A stretch of DNA of 63,862 bases, counting the filler, from Octopus bimaculoides (Eukaryota), in NCBI RefSeq assembly GCF_001194135.2. It is 9 parts of 9 records of this genome, joined end to end, with 100 filler letters (N's around TTAATTAATTAA, not from the genome) between each part and the next. Parts side by side here need not be neighbours in the genome. Positions count along the whole stretch, not along the records: positions 24,364 to 27,574 come from NC_068998.1; positions 27,675 to 49,003 come from NC_068988.1; 7 more parts are not named here. The stretch is one strand, 5' to 3'. The notes beneath the pieces were generated by a model, which saw only the letters and a list, made by a program, of their open reading frames with translations, was not told where the DNA came from and did no database searches. Positions 24,788-39,101 of this stretch are shown here, in pieces. Each line of letters begins with the position of its first letter. Position 1 is the first letter of the stretch. The translations under genes were made by a program, and so were the position numbers.

Positions 24788-25714
24788 CTGCGTGTAATGT
24801 GCAATGGATTCAGACAAAAATTAATGGAAGAAAAGAGAAAACAAATAGATATTAACGACATCATTTTCTAGCGCCATGCATGTAATTTAGGTCAAGTCTG
24901 TGAAGCTTGGTTTCTCATCAAACAATGATGAAACTTAAGCTGCAGCAGACTTCGATTTTCAATAAATTACACTTAAAAACAAGCAGTGTGTTAATTTACA
25001 TATTTATTAATTTTTCTATCGATTGAATCACATCGGTTGGTTGTTTAATTTCAAGTAAATCCTGATCGAGCAGACCTCATTCAAAATCACGCCAGCTATT
25101 TGTTCGCCTTATTGTTGTTATTTTTGTAGATATTATTCTTCTTATTATTATTGCTGTTCGTCAGGCGGCGGAAACGATATTGGCGCAAGACAGACACCAA
25201 GAAATTTTTTTTTAAATGCGTTTTTGAGAGATACAATCCAGTTTCCAAGAGATGCAATCCAACGAATAAGCTTCACACTAATTCTCATCATCACACCCTC
25301 AATATCAATCGGCAGGGGAAGTAATCATTTATGTAGAGAATTCTTGAAAATATCCGAAAAACAACCCAACGAAATTTATTAAGACTACTGTCAGCGGAAA
25401 GCATCCATAGTGAGCAACTCAGACAAAAGCCACATCTGTCATATATAATTCTAAGTATATTATGTATGATAAAAAAAATTCAAATGACAGGGTGGTCAAA
25501 GCTGGAATGTCTTCGTTCATAAACCAGCACATTCAGGTTTTACCCGGAGTTAAACAACAACGACTTCGGATGAAATATCTAGTATTTGGATATAGTTGTT
25601 TACGCTCTAACATCCATATTCTTTTATTTACTCTTCTTCTGAAATCCCTCACCATCAAAGTCACATTATCCAGAAAACCTCTAGTTGTGCAAATGAAGAG
25701 AGTGCGGCAACATT

Positions 25715-25791
<77 letters not shown>

Positions 25792-26964
25792 ACAGGCAGA
25801 CAGATAGGCAAACAGAAACAAAACACAGTCGGTAAGGAAGAGGATGGAAAATTTCACCTACATGATGCCCAACTTAAAACGTTATTAGTGCAAGGCAGCC
25901 ACCAAGAAAATTAAGACAGCATTTCTGAGACACTAAAAGGTTTCCAAGCCAGATTTCACTTACATAACCCCACAAAAATATCTATATGCTAGAGAGTATA
26001 TATATTTTGCGAATAGAATCTTTGAAAATGCCTGGTAAACATCCCGAAAAAGTTGGGATTGAAACTCAGAACATAAAGGGATGAAACAGCATTTTTCAGC
26101 TCTTTTTAAGCTAGCACTCCACCGTTTCTTCAGCTTCACCACACCTTCATGTGTGGCAAAACTTCAATGAAATTAAAATATAAATTCAGACGTTAATATA
26201 TGATTGTACAACCGTGTGTATTTGAGTGTGTGTGCATGTGTGTGAATGTGTGTATGTGTGTGTGTGTGTGTATACATATACATGTACATATTTATAAAAT
26301 ATATACATTTGTATGTAAATGTAAATAAATAAATAAATATATATATATATATATANNNNNNNNNNATATATATATATATATATACACATACACACGCATA
26401 CATATACATATATATAAAATATATACATTCATATATACATACATACATACATACATACATACATACATACATACATACATACATACATGTTAGCAAAAGT
26501 TAAGTTATATCATATTCCCACATCAACGGACCAGTAGTTACTTGTCTATGAAGTAAAAGTAAATAAATGAGGGCCACTTCTTTCAAACAGACGGTGACAA
26601 GCCAGACACCGGACGCAGTTTAAACACATTAAATACTTAGATATTTCTAATATGGTTAGAAACACTCTAAAGAAAGTTACTGACATTGAATTGACTCGCG
26701 GAAGTTTATTCTAATTTGAAGCCCAAGGAAACTGATAGCAGAGAGGAAAACAAGAAAAAAGAAATACCGGAAAGCGTGCTAAATGCAGTATTTACAACAC
26801 TGCTGATTGAAATACTTCTAAATGTTTGAAAATGGATCTACCATCGTTCTCAGCCAAAATGAGTCAATGTAGAAGCCTCTACGTGGTCACTTGACTTTCT
26901 AGATATGGCAGCCAAATCTCTCTCAAATTATACTCTTGTTTTTTTTTCCTCATCTGATATAAAG

Positions 26965-27575
26965 CTATGTTCTATCTTTTACTTCTTTCAGTCATTGGAC
27001 TGCGGCCAAGCTGGGGCACAGCTTTGAAGTGTTTTAGTCGAACAAATCGCTCCCAGAATTTATCAGTTTCTTTTTATCAGAAAAAGTTTGGTATTTAGTC
27101 ATGTTACGGCGACGTAAACAAACCAACACCGGTCCTCAAGCGGTAGAGTATGAAGGGATAAACATGGACACACTGACACGCACACACAGACATACATACA
27201 CGCGAGTGCGCGCGCACACACACATACGCACGCACGCACACACACACACACGTTCATACACACACACACACACACACACTCACACACTGTTTTTTGATGA
27301 TCTTACCATCACGGAATAGTTTTCTTTATTCTTTTACTTGTTTCAATCATTTGACTACGGCCATGCTGGAGTAACGCCTTATATATATTCTTTTATTCTT
27401 TTACTTGTTTCGTTCATTTGACTGTAGCCTTTAGTCGAAGAAATCGACCCCAAGACTTATTCTTTGTAAGCCTAGTATTTATTCTATCGGACTATTTTTC
27501 CCGAAACGCTAAATTATGGGGACGTAAAGACACCAACGATGGCGAAACAAATACAGACACACAAAAATACACACN
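26965..27575 (-). mobile_element. Fragments of family A SINE 3' halves
   Basis: TCAGTCATTGGACTGCGGCCAAGCTGGGGCAC and repeated TTTTACTTGTTTCAATCATTTGACT tails. Confidence 0.75.
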
Positions 27576-27674
27576 NNNNNNNNNNNNNNNNNNNNNNNNN
27601 NNNNNNNNNNNNNNNNNNTTAATTAATTAANNNNNNNNNNNNNNNNNNNNNNNNNNNNNNNNNNNNNNNNNNNN

Positions 27675-27725
<51 letters not shown>

Positions 27726-28163
27726 TCAGGATAGCCACGGCTTCTTCTATATCATAGGTAAGCTTTACTAGAGGTCAAACAAAAGAAAGGCACCAATAAC
27801 ATTGCATCCCATCAAAGTCAAGCAGACATCTCTTTACTGCATCAGTCAGACTAGCTTTTGAAAAGAAATTAAGGTAAGATAATGGGTGTGCCTTTTAGAA
27901 ACATTTTTAACATTTTACTCTTTTCTCACTCTGAACTTATCTCGTTCATCTTCACATGCGCGCACACACACACACGTACACACATACAGACACACACACA
28001 CATGCACAACTCACACATACACACGTATGCACAAACACAATAAGCACAGATGTTAATTCATTGACAGAGGTTCTCTTGCGCGCCTACATACATATGCATA
28101 TATTTATACATGTAGGCATTTACACATATAAAACTTTCTTGCTTTCTCCCCACATCTGTCTCT

Positions 28164-28240
<77 letters not shown>

Positions 28241-28315
28241 TATATAATGTGTGTGTTTGCGTGTATTTGACTATGTTAGTTAAAACAAAAGGGGCCACAA
28301 AAACTNNNNNNNNNN

Positions 28316-28355
<40 letters not shown>

Positions 28356-28456
28356 GTAAAAAATAAGGAGTGCTGTTTCGGCACTAATAACCCGATGTTC
28401 AGAACGAAGTGTTGGTTGAGTATAAAGCGGTAATAAGGAAGAGAGATACAAAGGAA

Positions 28457-29023
28457 TAAATGATTATCTTATGAACTTCATTAGCTTACAGCTGTTTCTG
28501 CTATGAGATGCAGTGAACTTAGTGCCTGAATAACACCTTATATTCAAAAATACTCTAGCCGCAAACACTGTGCCCATTCGTTTTAGAAGAAAAATGGGTA
28601 ATTTATAAGACATATGTCTGGCTGCTATTTCTTGCAGTTAGTCTATATGTGAATGTGGATGTCCCGGTGCGTGTGTGTGGTTCTGTGTTCTGTGAGTTGT
28701 ACTTTTTGCGCGTGTGCCTTTCTGTATCTGTGAGTGCTTCAGAGTTCGTGCGTACATATATTTACATATATTTCCACTAATACATCTAATTGCTTTTTGG
28801 AGATACACCTTTCTTATATATATATACATCTGTATTGACATTTCACGTTGTTGCTGTCGTTCCCTATATAAGCACAAATGTAATTCTTTCCCAAATAAAT
28901 CGCGCTTCAAATTCGAGGCTCCGGAGAGGCTATAAGGTGTTATTCAGACACTCAACTACGAGTCTACTGTATCTTATAGAAGAAACAACTGTAAGCCAAT
29001 GAAGTTCATAAGACAATCATTTA
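28457..29023. mobile_element. MITE with ~90-bp inverted termini
   Basis: TAAATGATT[A/G]TCTTATGAACTTCATT[A/G]GCTTACAG...GAATAACACCTTATA mirrored at both ends; TA at both outer ends. Confidence 0.8.
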
Positions 29024-29066
29024 CATATTTGTAACGGTTTTTTTGTTATATTTCTGGTGCTTTAAA

Positions 29067-29106
<40 letters not shown>

Positions 29107-29706
29107 NNNNNNNNNNNNNNNNNNNNNNNNNNNNNNNNNNNNNNNNNNNNNNNNNNNNNNNNNNNNNNNNNNNNNNNNNNNNNNNNNNNNNNNNNNNNNN
29201 NNNNNNNNNNNNNNNNNNNNNNNNNNNNNNNNNNNNNNNNNNNNNNNNNNNNNNNNNNNNNNNNNNNNNNNNNNNNNNNNNNNNNNNNNNNNNNNNNNNN
29301 NNNNNNNNNNNNNNNNNNNNNNNNNNNNNNNNNNNNNNNNNNNNNNNNNNNNNNNNNNNNNNNNNNNNNNNNNNNNNNNNNNNNNNNNNNNNNNNNNNNN
29401 NNNNNNNNNNNNNNNNNNNNNNNNNNNNNNNNNNNNNNNNNNNNNNNNNNNNNNNNNNNNNNNNNNNNNNNNNNNNNNNNNNNNNNNNNNNNNNNNNNNN
29501 NNNNNNNNNNNNNNNNNNNNNNNNNNNNNNNNNNNNNNNNNNNNNNNNNNNNNNNNNNNNNNNNNNNNNNNNNNNNNNNNNNNNNNNNNNNNNNNNNNNN
29601 NNNNNNNNNNNNNNNNNNNNNNNNNNNNNNNNNNNNNNNNNNNNNNNNNNNNNNNNNNNNNNNNNNNNNNNNNNNNNNNNNNNNNNNNNNNNNNNNNNNN
29701 NNNNNN

Positions 29707-29752
<46 letters not shown>

Positions 29753-30298
29753 AATGCATGTATATGTATATATATATATATATATATGCACACACACATA
29801 TGTATGTATGCATATATGTATATATATGCATATATATATGCACACACACATATGTAAGTATGTATGTATGTATGTATACACACATACACTCATATACAAA
29901 TACAAATACTGATATACATCCTCTGCGTTTCGACACCTTTCCCATGCCACTCCCATTTTCTCATTCTGCTCTCGTCTCACACGCTTTATCTTACACACAT
30001 ACACATACATGCAAGCATACAAAATTCTCATACAATGCTTCAAATCCTCACATTCAACCTCCGTATTTTGCTCCCATCACCACCTCCTCTCTTTCACATG
30101 CAATCACGTGCATATACATACAGTCACTTTTCACATAACCTCTTTCTCTCCCTCTACTTTCCACACATACAAATATACACATAAACATACATACATTTAT
30201 ACATGCTTACGCACATACATATCTGCATGCATGCATACGTAATACATACATACATACATACATATACTCATGGAAACAATTGCGTATATACATAAACA

Positions 30299-30330
<32 letters not shown>

Positions 30331-30339
30331 AATCTATCA

Positions 30340-30371
<32 letters not shown>

Positions 30372-31104
30372 NNNNNNNNNNNNNNNNNNNNNNNNNNNNN
30401 NNNNNNNNNNNNNNNNNNNNNNNNNNNNNNNNNNNNNNNNNNNNNNNNNNNNNNNNNNNNNNNNNNNNNNNNNNNNNNNNNNNNNNNNNNNNNNNNNNNN
30501 NNNNNNNNNNNNNNNNNNNNNNNNNNNNNNNNNNNNNNNNNNNNNNNNNNNNNNNNNNNNNNNNNNNNNNNNNNNNNNNNNNNNNNNNNNNNNNNNNNNN
30601 NNNNNNNNNNNNNNNNNNNNNNNNNNNNNNNNNNNNNNNNNNNNNNNNNNNNNNNNNNNNNNNNNNNNNNNNNNNNNNNNNNNNNNNNNNNNNNNNNNNN
30701 NNNNNNNNNNNNNNNNNNNNNNNNNNNNNNNNNNNNNNNNNNNNNNNNNNNNNNNNNNNNNNNNNNNNNNNNNNNNNNNNNNNNNNNNNNNNNNNNNNNN
30801 NNNNNNNNNNNNNNNNNNNNNNNNNNNNNNNNNNNNNNNNNNNNNNNNNNNNNNNNNNNNNNNNNNNNNNNNNNNNNNNNNNNNNNNNNNNNNNNNNNNN
30901 NNNNNNNNNNNNNNNNNNNNNNNNNNNNNNNNNNNNNNNNNNNNNNNNNNNNNNNNNNNNNNNNNNNNNNNNNNNNNNNNNNNNNNNNNNNNNNNNNNNT
31001 AAGAGCCAACAATTCCAGGTAGAAATTCTTCTACCTCAATAAGTGATGAATAGCTTTACCTCCTTGTCTCTCGCCTTAGCACACACACACACACAAACAC
31101 ACAA

Positions 31105-31136
<32 letters not shown>

Positions 31137-31354
31137 ACATACACACACATGCATACACACATTTACACATTCAAATACAAAGATACGCACGCATACACAC
31201 GGTTTCGAACAGAAAAGCAGATTCACCCACAAAATATTCTTATATTATTTATACAACTTCCGGTCGCAACAAGAACCTTTATCGTCGCCGTCGTCATCGT
31301 TGTTACTACCACTGCCACCACAATCATGAGCAGATCACAACAATCAACTTCGTC

Positions 31355-31612
31355 ATCGGCATCATCACCATCATCATCATCATCCTCATCCTTATCATCA
31401 TCATCATCATCATCATCATTATCATCATCATCATCCTTATCATCATCATCATCATCCTTATCATCATCATCATCATTATCATCATCATCATCATCATTAT
31501 TATCATCATCATCGTCATCAGCATCAGCATCTTCACCATCCTTATCATCATCATTGTCTTCCTCCCCCTCATCATCATCATCCTCCTCATCATCATCACT
31601 ACCACCACCGTC
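31355..31612. repeat. Degenerate (ATC)n/(GAT)n triplet tract
   Basis: Read directly; explains the poly-S, -D, -I and -M ORFs. Confidence 0.95.
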
Positions 31613-32100
31613 TCTACCATAGCCATGAACAACAACAACAACAGCAACAACAACCAATCAATTCCTTCGATAGAAGCCTGAATCATGAATCAAAGCAGTA
31701 AAAAGAAAATTGATCCGAATTTATGAAACAATTAACTAATTCGATCTGTTGGGCAAAGGAAGGAGCTTTGGTTAAAAATATCCGGATGAGTGCAGGGTAT
31801 ATTGTGAGGGTATTTAATAACTGACGCAGTTTGTGGGTAGAGATGAAGCGTAATTGCGATGACACATCCTTCTTTTTAGTAGGTTCTTTATTTATCACAT
31901 GATATAACCACAAAAAGACAAAAAAAGAAACGAAAAAGAAAAAAAGAAAGCAATAAAACGCAGGATCCCGTGGGACCACTGCGTAGTCTCCAGATTTACT
32001 AGAAATGGTAGCTTTTGTAACTTTGCAAATATTAGATAGATAGATTCGAATAGAAAGAAACAATTCTGCTCGATATCTTGGCTGTAGTTGGTAAAATAGT

Positions 32101-32404
32101 AAAGACCCTCTTTCGGTCATGAATGACCATGGGGTTGGACCAAGAGCGTTGCCCTCCGAGGCATAAGTCCGGACATGCTTGTTTATGGAAGACCAGCAAT
32201 CACCCATGCATACTAGCCTCCCCTCTCCACGCCACTGAGGTTATCCAAAGGAAAGCCAAACACTGATTCAGCTTGGTACCAGTGACGTCACAACTCATTT
32301 CTGCAGCTGAGTGAACTCAAGAACACAACACACATCCCGGTCCGAGAATCGAACGCACTACCTCATGATTAGAGCCCGACACTCTAACCACTATGTCATG
32401 CGCC
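32101..32404 (-). mobile_element. SINE family C (tRNA head; tail ...CCATGGTCATTCATGACCGAAAGAGGGTCTTT)
   Basis: Head GCGCATGACATAGTGGTTAGAGTGTCGGGCTC...GTTCGATTCTCGG; same body as 59750-60034 and 63241-63345. Confidence 0.85.
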
Positions 32405-32441
32405 GTTTGTAGTTGGTACTAGGAGAATAGTTCCATTCAAC

Positions 32442-32788
32442 CAGGTATTCTCAACCATTTTTTATCTATGGACCCCATTGATTACTATTTTATTCAGGAA
32501 AACTCTCATAGCCATTCGATGTTTACAAGCACATTTTATAGAAACTTCTTTCAAAATACCTATTTTGTTTTTCACATTAACTGGCGTAGGTTGATCTATG
32601 TAAAATGTTAGAGAAAGAAACCTAACTGTTTCTTACAATACATACCAATACATAAATCTAAAGTAAAATATTTTCAGGGTCCCTTAAAATTCTATTGTGG
32701 ATCCTCAATTTACTGTTTTGTTGTGTGGACCTCCCAAAACCTTATATCGACCCTCAGGGGCTATATGGACCCCAGTTGAGAAACACTG
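32442..32788. mobile_element. hAT (Charlie-like) MITE
   Basis: TIRs CAGGTATTCTCAACC / AGTTGAGAAACACTG (11/15); 8-bp TSD CATTCAAC / CATTAGAC (6/8). Confidence 0.8.
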
Positions 32789-32907
32789 CATTAGACAGTT
32801 ATAAGAACAAGACTCGGTCACTGGAAAAAAAAAAACACTTGTACTGTAAAATATATACACAACGATGAGAGTAGGTAAGAACTAGACCTCCCCTGCCTGG
32901 TTCAAAG

Positions 32908-33152
32908 TCTGTTACAACGACGACGAGTGCTTCAGTTGATCCGATCGATGGAACAGCCTGCTCGTGAAATTACCGTGTAAATGGCTGAGCACTCAACAAG
33001 CACGCATACCCTTAACGTAGTTCTCAGAGAGATTCAGCGTGACACAGGATGTGACAAAGCTTGCCCTTTGAATTACAGGTACAACTCATTTTTGCGAGCT
33101 GAGTTGACCGGAGCAATGTGAAATAAAGCGCCTTGCTCAAGGACACAAAGCG
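32908..33152 (-). mobile_element. SINE family D, 3' part
   Basis: Colinear with 40173-40487 (CACGAGCAGGCTGTTCC..TGATCGGATCAACTG..CTCGTCGTCG tail). Confidence 0.8.
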
Positions 33153-34339
33153 AGGAAAAGGAAAAAAGTCATTTTATACGTTCAGTTTAATAAATCTTCA
33201 GATATCTGTTCATTAATTGCACATGTACTAGTTCAGCCATCTTAAACGTGTAGTAGTTCACGTTGGCGAAGAAGAAAAAGCAACGCGTCTGTCTTCGCTG
33301 GTTTACAAACTCTGCAGCTTGAATACTAGGTTCTTAACAGTAACTAAATCTCTGTCAAATCCCGCTCTCCCGTCTTGTAAACAGGGAAGGACAAACTGGA
33401 TAAATTATGTGAAGAAAGTTAATTGGGAACTAACATACACGAAATTAGTGAGTCAAATATGATTTTAATTAATTAAAATTACAACCCTATTGAGGAAAAA
33501 CAATTTTTCTTAATGGTTACTTCTGGTGAAGAAAGGTAAGGGAGATAAACCAGTAACAAATAAAGTGTAAGTGAGCGGTGCGTAGCGAACTGATCTAATC
33601 TTTGGTAAGTACAGAGACAACTGTGGACATGTTTCGATCGTATTAGACATCCTCGATGAAATGATGATGATGATGATAATAATGTGAAGGAATAGGAGGA
33701 AGAAGAGGAAAAGTTATATGAAATTCGAATGGAGAGAAAAAAAACTGTTTGACCACAGTTAGAGTGCTTTTGGTCACATGCCCGCTATATCAGAGCTAAT
33801 CTGGGGATGAACAACAACACATAAGCTAATGTTTAAAATACTCAACTTATACAGTAAATTGTTGCTGTTGTTGCTCTTGATGTTGTGTCTCAAACGATTC
33901 CTGATCGAGTTGACTTATAGCCATAAGTCTTAAGGTTGTTGTGATTATCCGTCCCCCCCCCCCAATGTTTTTGCGGGTATAGTGCATCTTGGACTACATA
34001 ATTCAAAGATTTCATCTGTTTGTTTTTTTAAGATGGCAAGGTATAAGACGAAAGGGATTTGACTGCTTTTGTTGACTGGTCGATCATTTTGTCCCCCAGG
34101 GGGGGGGGGGGTGAGGTGGTAGTGATGGTAGTGCTACTGCTGAAACAGATGGTAGTGGTGGTGGGGACGTTGTTGTTGTTGTTGGTGGTGGTGATGGTAG
34201 CCGCGGTGACTGCCGTGGTGTTGATGATGATGATGATGATGATGATGTTGATGATGATGGCGGCGGCGGCGGCGGTGGTGATGGTGGTGATTCAGATGAT
34301 AATAATGTTGATGATGATGCTAATAGTGGTTATGATGAC

Positions 34340-34560
34340 AATGATGATGTTGACGATTATGCTAATAGTGCTGGTGATGGTTGTGAAGATGATGATGATT
34401 GGTTAGAAGAGTTATTGGAAGGACAGCCTTTGTGAATATTAATAGCGACCATTTAAGCAGGCACTGAATTGTACTACGGCTAGAGTTACATTTAAGGGAG
34501 ATAAATCTCCTGCGTGACGCTCGTTGAAACATAACATATAGTGCCGTACATCGGCTTCAA
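34340..34560 (+). repeat. Local duplication, copy 1 (empty SINE site); copy 2 at about 37620-38070
   Basis: GATGATGATTGGTT...AATAGCGACCATTTAAGCAGGCACTGAATTGTACT.CGGCTAGAGTTAC.TTTAAGGGAGATAAATCTCCTG.GTGACGCTCGTTGA is shared. Confidence 0.9.
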
Positions 34561-36273
34561 CAACAAGAATTTGTAAGGGAGGGCTATAAGGAATTCAAAC
34601 AGTTCCAGTACATAATTATTGCACGCGTTTTATGTGTTGTTCTTATCGTTTACAGTTAATTTAATTCTAATCAAGCAAAATCATTATGAAATACATTCTA
34701 TCTCTGACAACCTCTGAATACGAGACTACAAAGCGAACACCCATAAAACCACATTTTCGCTAATTCATGAGGAAAATTTGAATAATATATATTTTGAGAA
34801 ATAGTAGTCAAATAGAAGTTAAATCATATCTTGCTGGTTGTAAAGAAGTTGAAATGTAGAAGTAGCAAGCATAGAAAGTTAGAAAAGAGTTGTGTCAGTA
34901 CAAGAATGATTCTAAAATACTTTGGTATAACGTTAAGTTCTGTTTTTCTTCCTCTTTCAGTTTTTCTTCCTCTTTCAGTTTTTCTTTAATCTCTCTCTCT
35001 CTCTCTCTCTCTCAGACAATAGAAGAGAGAGAAAGAGAGAGAGAAAGACAGAGAGAGAGAAAGAGAGAGAGAAAGACAGAGAGAGAGAAAGAGAGAGAGA
35101 AAGACAGAGAGAGAGAAAGAGAGAGAGAAAGACAGAGAGAGAGAAAGGGGGAGACGCATTTAAAGAAGGGGAATTGATAGAGAGAGTAGAGCATGATGGG
35201 TATGTTGGCGGCGATTCAATAATATAGAGAACTCTTTGCAAAAATACCCTTCTAGAATGAACTTCCAAATTATATTCTAGCGGCTTGAATAATGCTGGAT
35301 ATAGTAGAAAATAAAACAGCGTATTTAATATTTATATATCAAATTAATGTTTATATTAATATCTTTCAGATGAAATAAAAGCGTCACAAAACGTATTAGT
35401 TTTGACCATAACTTATCTCAGACATTCAGATATTTTATTTCTGATACCCGCTTTGTATCCATTGAGTATCAATGATATCTACCTGGCTCGCAACGTGAAG
35501 CTAAAGTGAGGACTTAATAATCATGCTCTCAGCCTTACTATATTTCATGATATTTGTCTCACCCCTGGTTTCACTTTATATTCCCGCAATGGCTCTCATT
35601 AATTCATTTACTCGCCGTGCATCTTTTGGTTCGTTAATTTCACTTTCTAATCTTATAGCAGCTTTTGTCTTGGATTTCCAATTCCTTGATTCATTTGCTC
35701 TTGAGTCTCATTAAGACATTTTACTGCTATTCCTTGTCTAATTTCTTCTATCCTTCTTTCTTTTAGTTCATCAATAACATTTTACCCCCTATTTGCTGCT
35801 CTATGTCTCTTTCTTCCTCAACAGCTGTCACTAATCTTCTCCCGTCTCTCTCCTCTTTTTCTCTTTCATTCTCTCTGTTTTGGTGTCTTCTCATTTGAGG
35901 TTCCTAAAGTGTCTCTTTAGATCACCTGAGTCAATGATCTTAACATATTAAACGCATTATCCTGCGGTTGCGTTAGCAATATGACTTGCTCTATAGTGCT
36001 TCAATTACTCGGGTCTTGTTGCACAGCGTCTGTCCACTTCTACGTTCATCCTGCGTTCTATGGTTGGATGATATATATAAAATTCTTACTTTCGTTTCTG
36101 ATATTCTTGTTTTGACTCTCCCCTCTTTTACATACACACGCAAATACACAAATACACAAATATACACATGCACTGTCCATCAAATGCTGTTTTACGTATT
36201 TTTGTCAATTTACAAAGAATGCAAGCATTTACACATTCTCTTTCCCCCTCTCTCTCTCCCTCTCTCATTCACC

Positions 36274-36311
<38 letters not shown>

Positions 36312-36319
36312 TATTTTTT

Positions 36320-36388
<69 letters not shown>

Positions 36389-37729
36389 GCCTTTTCCTTA
36401 TTAAATATTATTTAACTCTTCAATTTCAAAGAAATGGAAAAAATTTCACTTTCACCATATCGTGTCTTTGTTTTTTCGCTCTCTCCACACTCTGTCTCTC
36501 TTTCCCTCTNNNNNNNNNNNNNNNNNNNNNNNNNNNNNNNNNNNNNNNNNNNNNNNNNNNNNNNNNNNNNNNNNNNNNNNNNNNNNNNNNNNNNNNNNNN
36601 NNNNNNNNNNNNNNNNNNNNNNNNNNNNNNNNNNNNNNNNNNNNNNNNNNNNNNNNNNNNNNNNNNNNNNNNNNNNNNNNNNNNNNNNNNNNNNNNNNNN
36701 NNNNNNNNNNNNNNNNNNNNNNNNNNNNNNNNNNNNNNNNNNNNNNNNNNNNNNNNNNNNNNNNNNNNNNNNNNNNNNNNNNNNNNNNNNNNNNNNNNNN
36801 NNNNNNNNNNNNNNNNNNNNNNNNNNNNNNNNNNNNNNNNNNNNNNNNNNNNNNNNNNNNNNNNNNNNNNNNNNNNNNNNNNNNNNNNNNNNNNNNNNNN
36901 NNNNNNNNNNNNNNNNNNNNNNNNNNNNNNNNNNNNNNNNNNNNNNNNNNNNNNNNNNNNNNNNNNNNNNNNNNNNNNNNNNNNNNNNNNNNNNNNNNNN
37001 NNNNNNNNNNNNNNNNNNNNNNNNNNNNNNNNNNNNNNNNNNNNNNNNNNNNNNNNNNNNNNNNNNNNNNNNNNNNNNNNNNNNNNNNNNNNNNNNNNNN
37101 NNNNNNNNNNNNNNNNNNNNNNNNNNNNNNNNNNNNNNNNNNNNNNNNNNNNNNNNNNNNNNNNNNNNNNNNNNNNNNNNNNNNNNNNNNNNNNNNNNNN
37201 NNNNNNNNNNNNNNNNNNNNNNNNNNNNNNNNNNNNNNNNNNNNNNNNNNNNNNNNNNNNNNNNNNNNNNNNNNNNNNNNNNNNNNNNNNNNNNNNNNNN
37301 NNNNNNNNNNNNNNNNNNNNNNNNNNNNATGTAGGGTGGTAGTAGAGTTCAATGAGACTGATTTTGATTTACTATGCAGAAAGAAAATGTAACATTTTGT
37401 ACCCTTGCTCTTCTTCCGAAATAGAGAGAGAGAAGAGTGTAGAAAGAGAAACCACGAGGATCATATTAGAAGGTGGTAGTAGTGTTGTTGTTGTTGCTGT
37501 TGGTGGTGGTGGTGGATGTAATGGCGGCGACGCAGCGGTTGCGACGTCAGCTGAGGTAGCGGCGGTAGCTGAGGTGCTGATGATGATAATCATGATCATG
37601 ATGATCGTGCTGATCGTGATGATGGTGGTGTTAATAGTTATGATGGTTGTGAAAATGATGATGATTGGTTGGAAAAGATTATTGGAAAAGGGAGTCATTA
37701 AGCCTTTACTGGTATCAATAGCGACCATT

Positions 37730-37948
37730 AAGGCGGCAAGCTGACGGAAACGTTAGCACGCCAGACGAAATGCTTAGCGGTATTTCGTCTGTCTTTGCGT
37801 TTTGTGTTCAAATTCCGCCGAGGCTGACCTTGCTTTTCATCCTTTCGCGGTCGATAAAGTAAGTATCAGTTGCGTACTGGGGTCGATCAAATCGACTGGC
37901 CCCAGCCCTCAAAATGTAAGTCCTTGTGCCTATAGTAGAAAGGATATT
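37730..37948 (+). mobile_element. Full-length family B SINE with 13-bp TSD
   Basis: TSD AATAGCGACCATT at 37717-37729 and 37949-37961; the paralogous site has a single copy at 34441-34453. Confidence 0.95.
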
Positions 37949-38074
37949 AATAGCGACCATTTAAGCAGGCACTGAATTGTACTGCGGCTAGAGTTACGTT
38001 TAAGGGAGATAAATCTCCTGTGTGACGCTCGTTGACAGTTATATAATAGATAGTGTCTTAAATTGGCCACAAGA

Positions 38075-38420
38075 CGAATATACCGGCGTGGATGTGTGGT
38101 AAGAAGTTTGCTTCCTAATCACATAGTTTCGAGTTCGGTTTCCATTGCATGGAAACTACGGCAAATGACCAAAGCCTTGTTAGTGGATTTTGGTAGATGG
38201 AAACTAAAAGAAGCCTATTGTATATGTATGTGTGTGTGTGTGTGTGTGTTTGCCACCCACCACCGCATGAAGACTGGTGTTGCTTTGATTAGTCCCCGTC
38301 ACCTAGTGATATTAATATAAGTACCAGGCTTGAAAATAAGAACCGAGGTCAATTCGTTCAGCTAAAAACCCTTCAAGATAGTACCTTCAGTATGGTTACA
38401 GTTAACTGACTTATACAAGT
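38075..38420 (+). mobile_element. SINE family A
   Basis: Head GGCGTGGATGTGTGGTAAGAAGTTTGCTTCC, core and tail colinear with the family. Confidence 0.8.
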
Positions 38421-38521
38421 AAAAAATAAAAACATAAAAGATAAAAAGAAACTATTTTGGGAGAATACTTAGTGAGACTGCCACTTAGGATCCTGTAATT
38501 TATCGCTTCTCGTGAAACAAA

Positions 38522-38558
<37 letters not shown>

Positions 38559-39018
38559 NNNNNNNNNNNNNNNNNNNNNNNNNNNNNNNNNNNNNNNNNN
38601 NNNNNNNNNNNNNNNNNNNNNNNNNNNNNNNNNNNNNNNNNNNNNNNNNNNNNNNNNNNNNNNNNNNNNNNNNNNNNNNNNNNNNNNNNNNNNNNNNCAG
38701 GACAAAATATAAAAAAAAAATTAAAGGAAAAGAATAAAATCGCAATCTTAAGAACGCAAGTGAAAACAAGAGCGAACATATAGGGATCAGCATGAGTTGC
38801 TTCGCCAACATACTGAAAATTTAGAAATAGCAGTATGTTGGTGAAGCAACTCATGCTGATCCCTATATGCTTATAATTATAAATGTTTTACCGATAAAGG
38901 TTTTTTTGCATGCTGAACTACTTGGCAAAATTGCTAATTATTAATTTTATTAACTAATTGGCAATTCCCTGCCCTATATATCTATATAAATATATATATA
39001 TATATATGTATATATATG

Positions 39019-39063
<45 letters not shown>

Positions 39064-39065
39064 TT

Positions 39066-39098
<33 letters not shown>

Positions 39099-39101
<3 letters not shown>

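Noticed and set aside
24764-24796. YTQAVLRESCR resembling the cytochrome P450 K-helix ExxR motif
   Set aside because: Downstream residues do not fit P450, no other P450 motifs are nearby, and YTQ falls in the predicted intron.
31043-31686. Poly-Ser, -Asp, -Ile and -Met ORFs as biomineral or membrane proteins
   Set aside because: All frames are translations of one (ATC)n tract; no splice or homology support.
31683-32207. 174-aa minus-strand ORF
   Set aside because: Starts inside a family C SINE tail and runs through a T-rich low-complexity tract; no recognisable domain.
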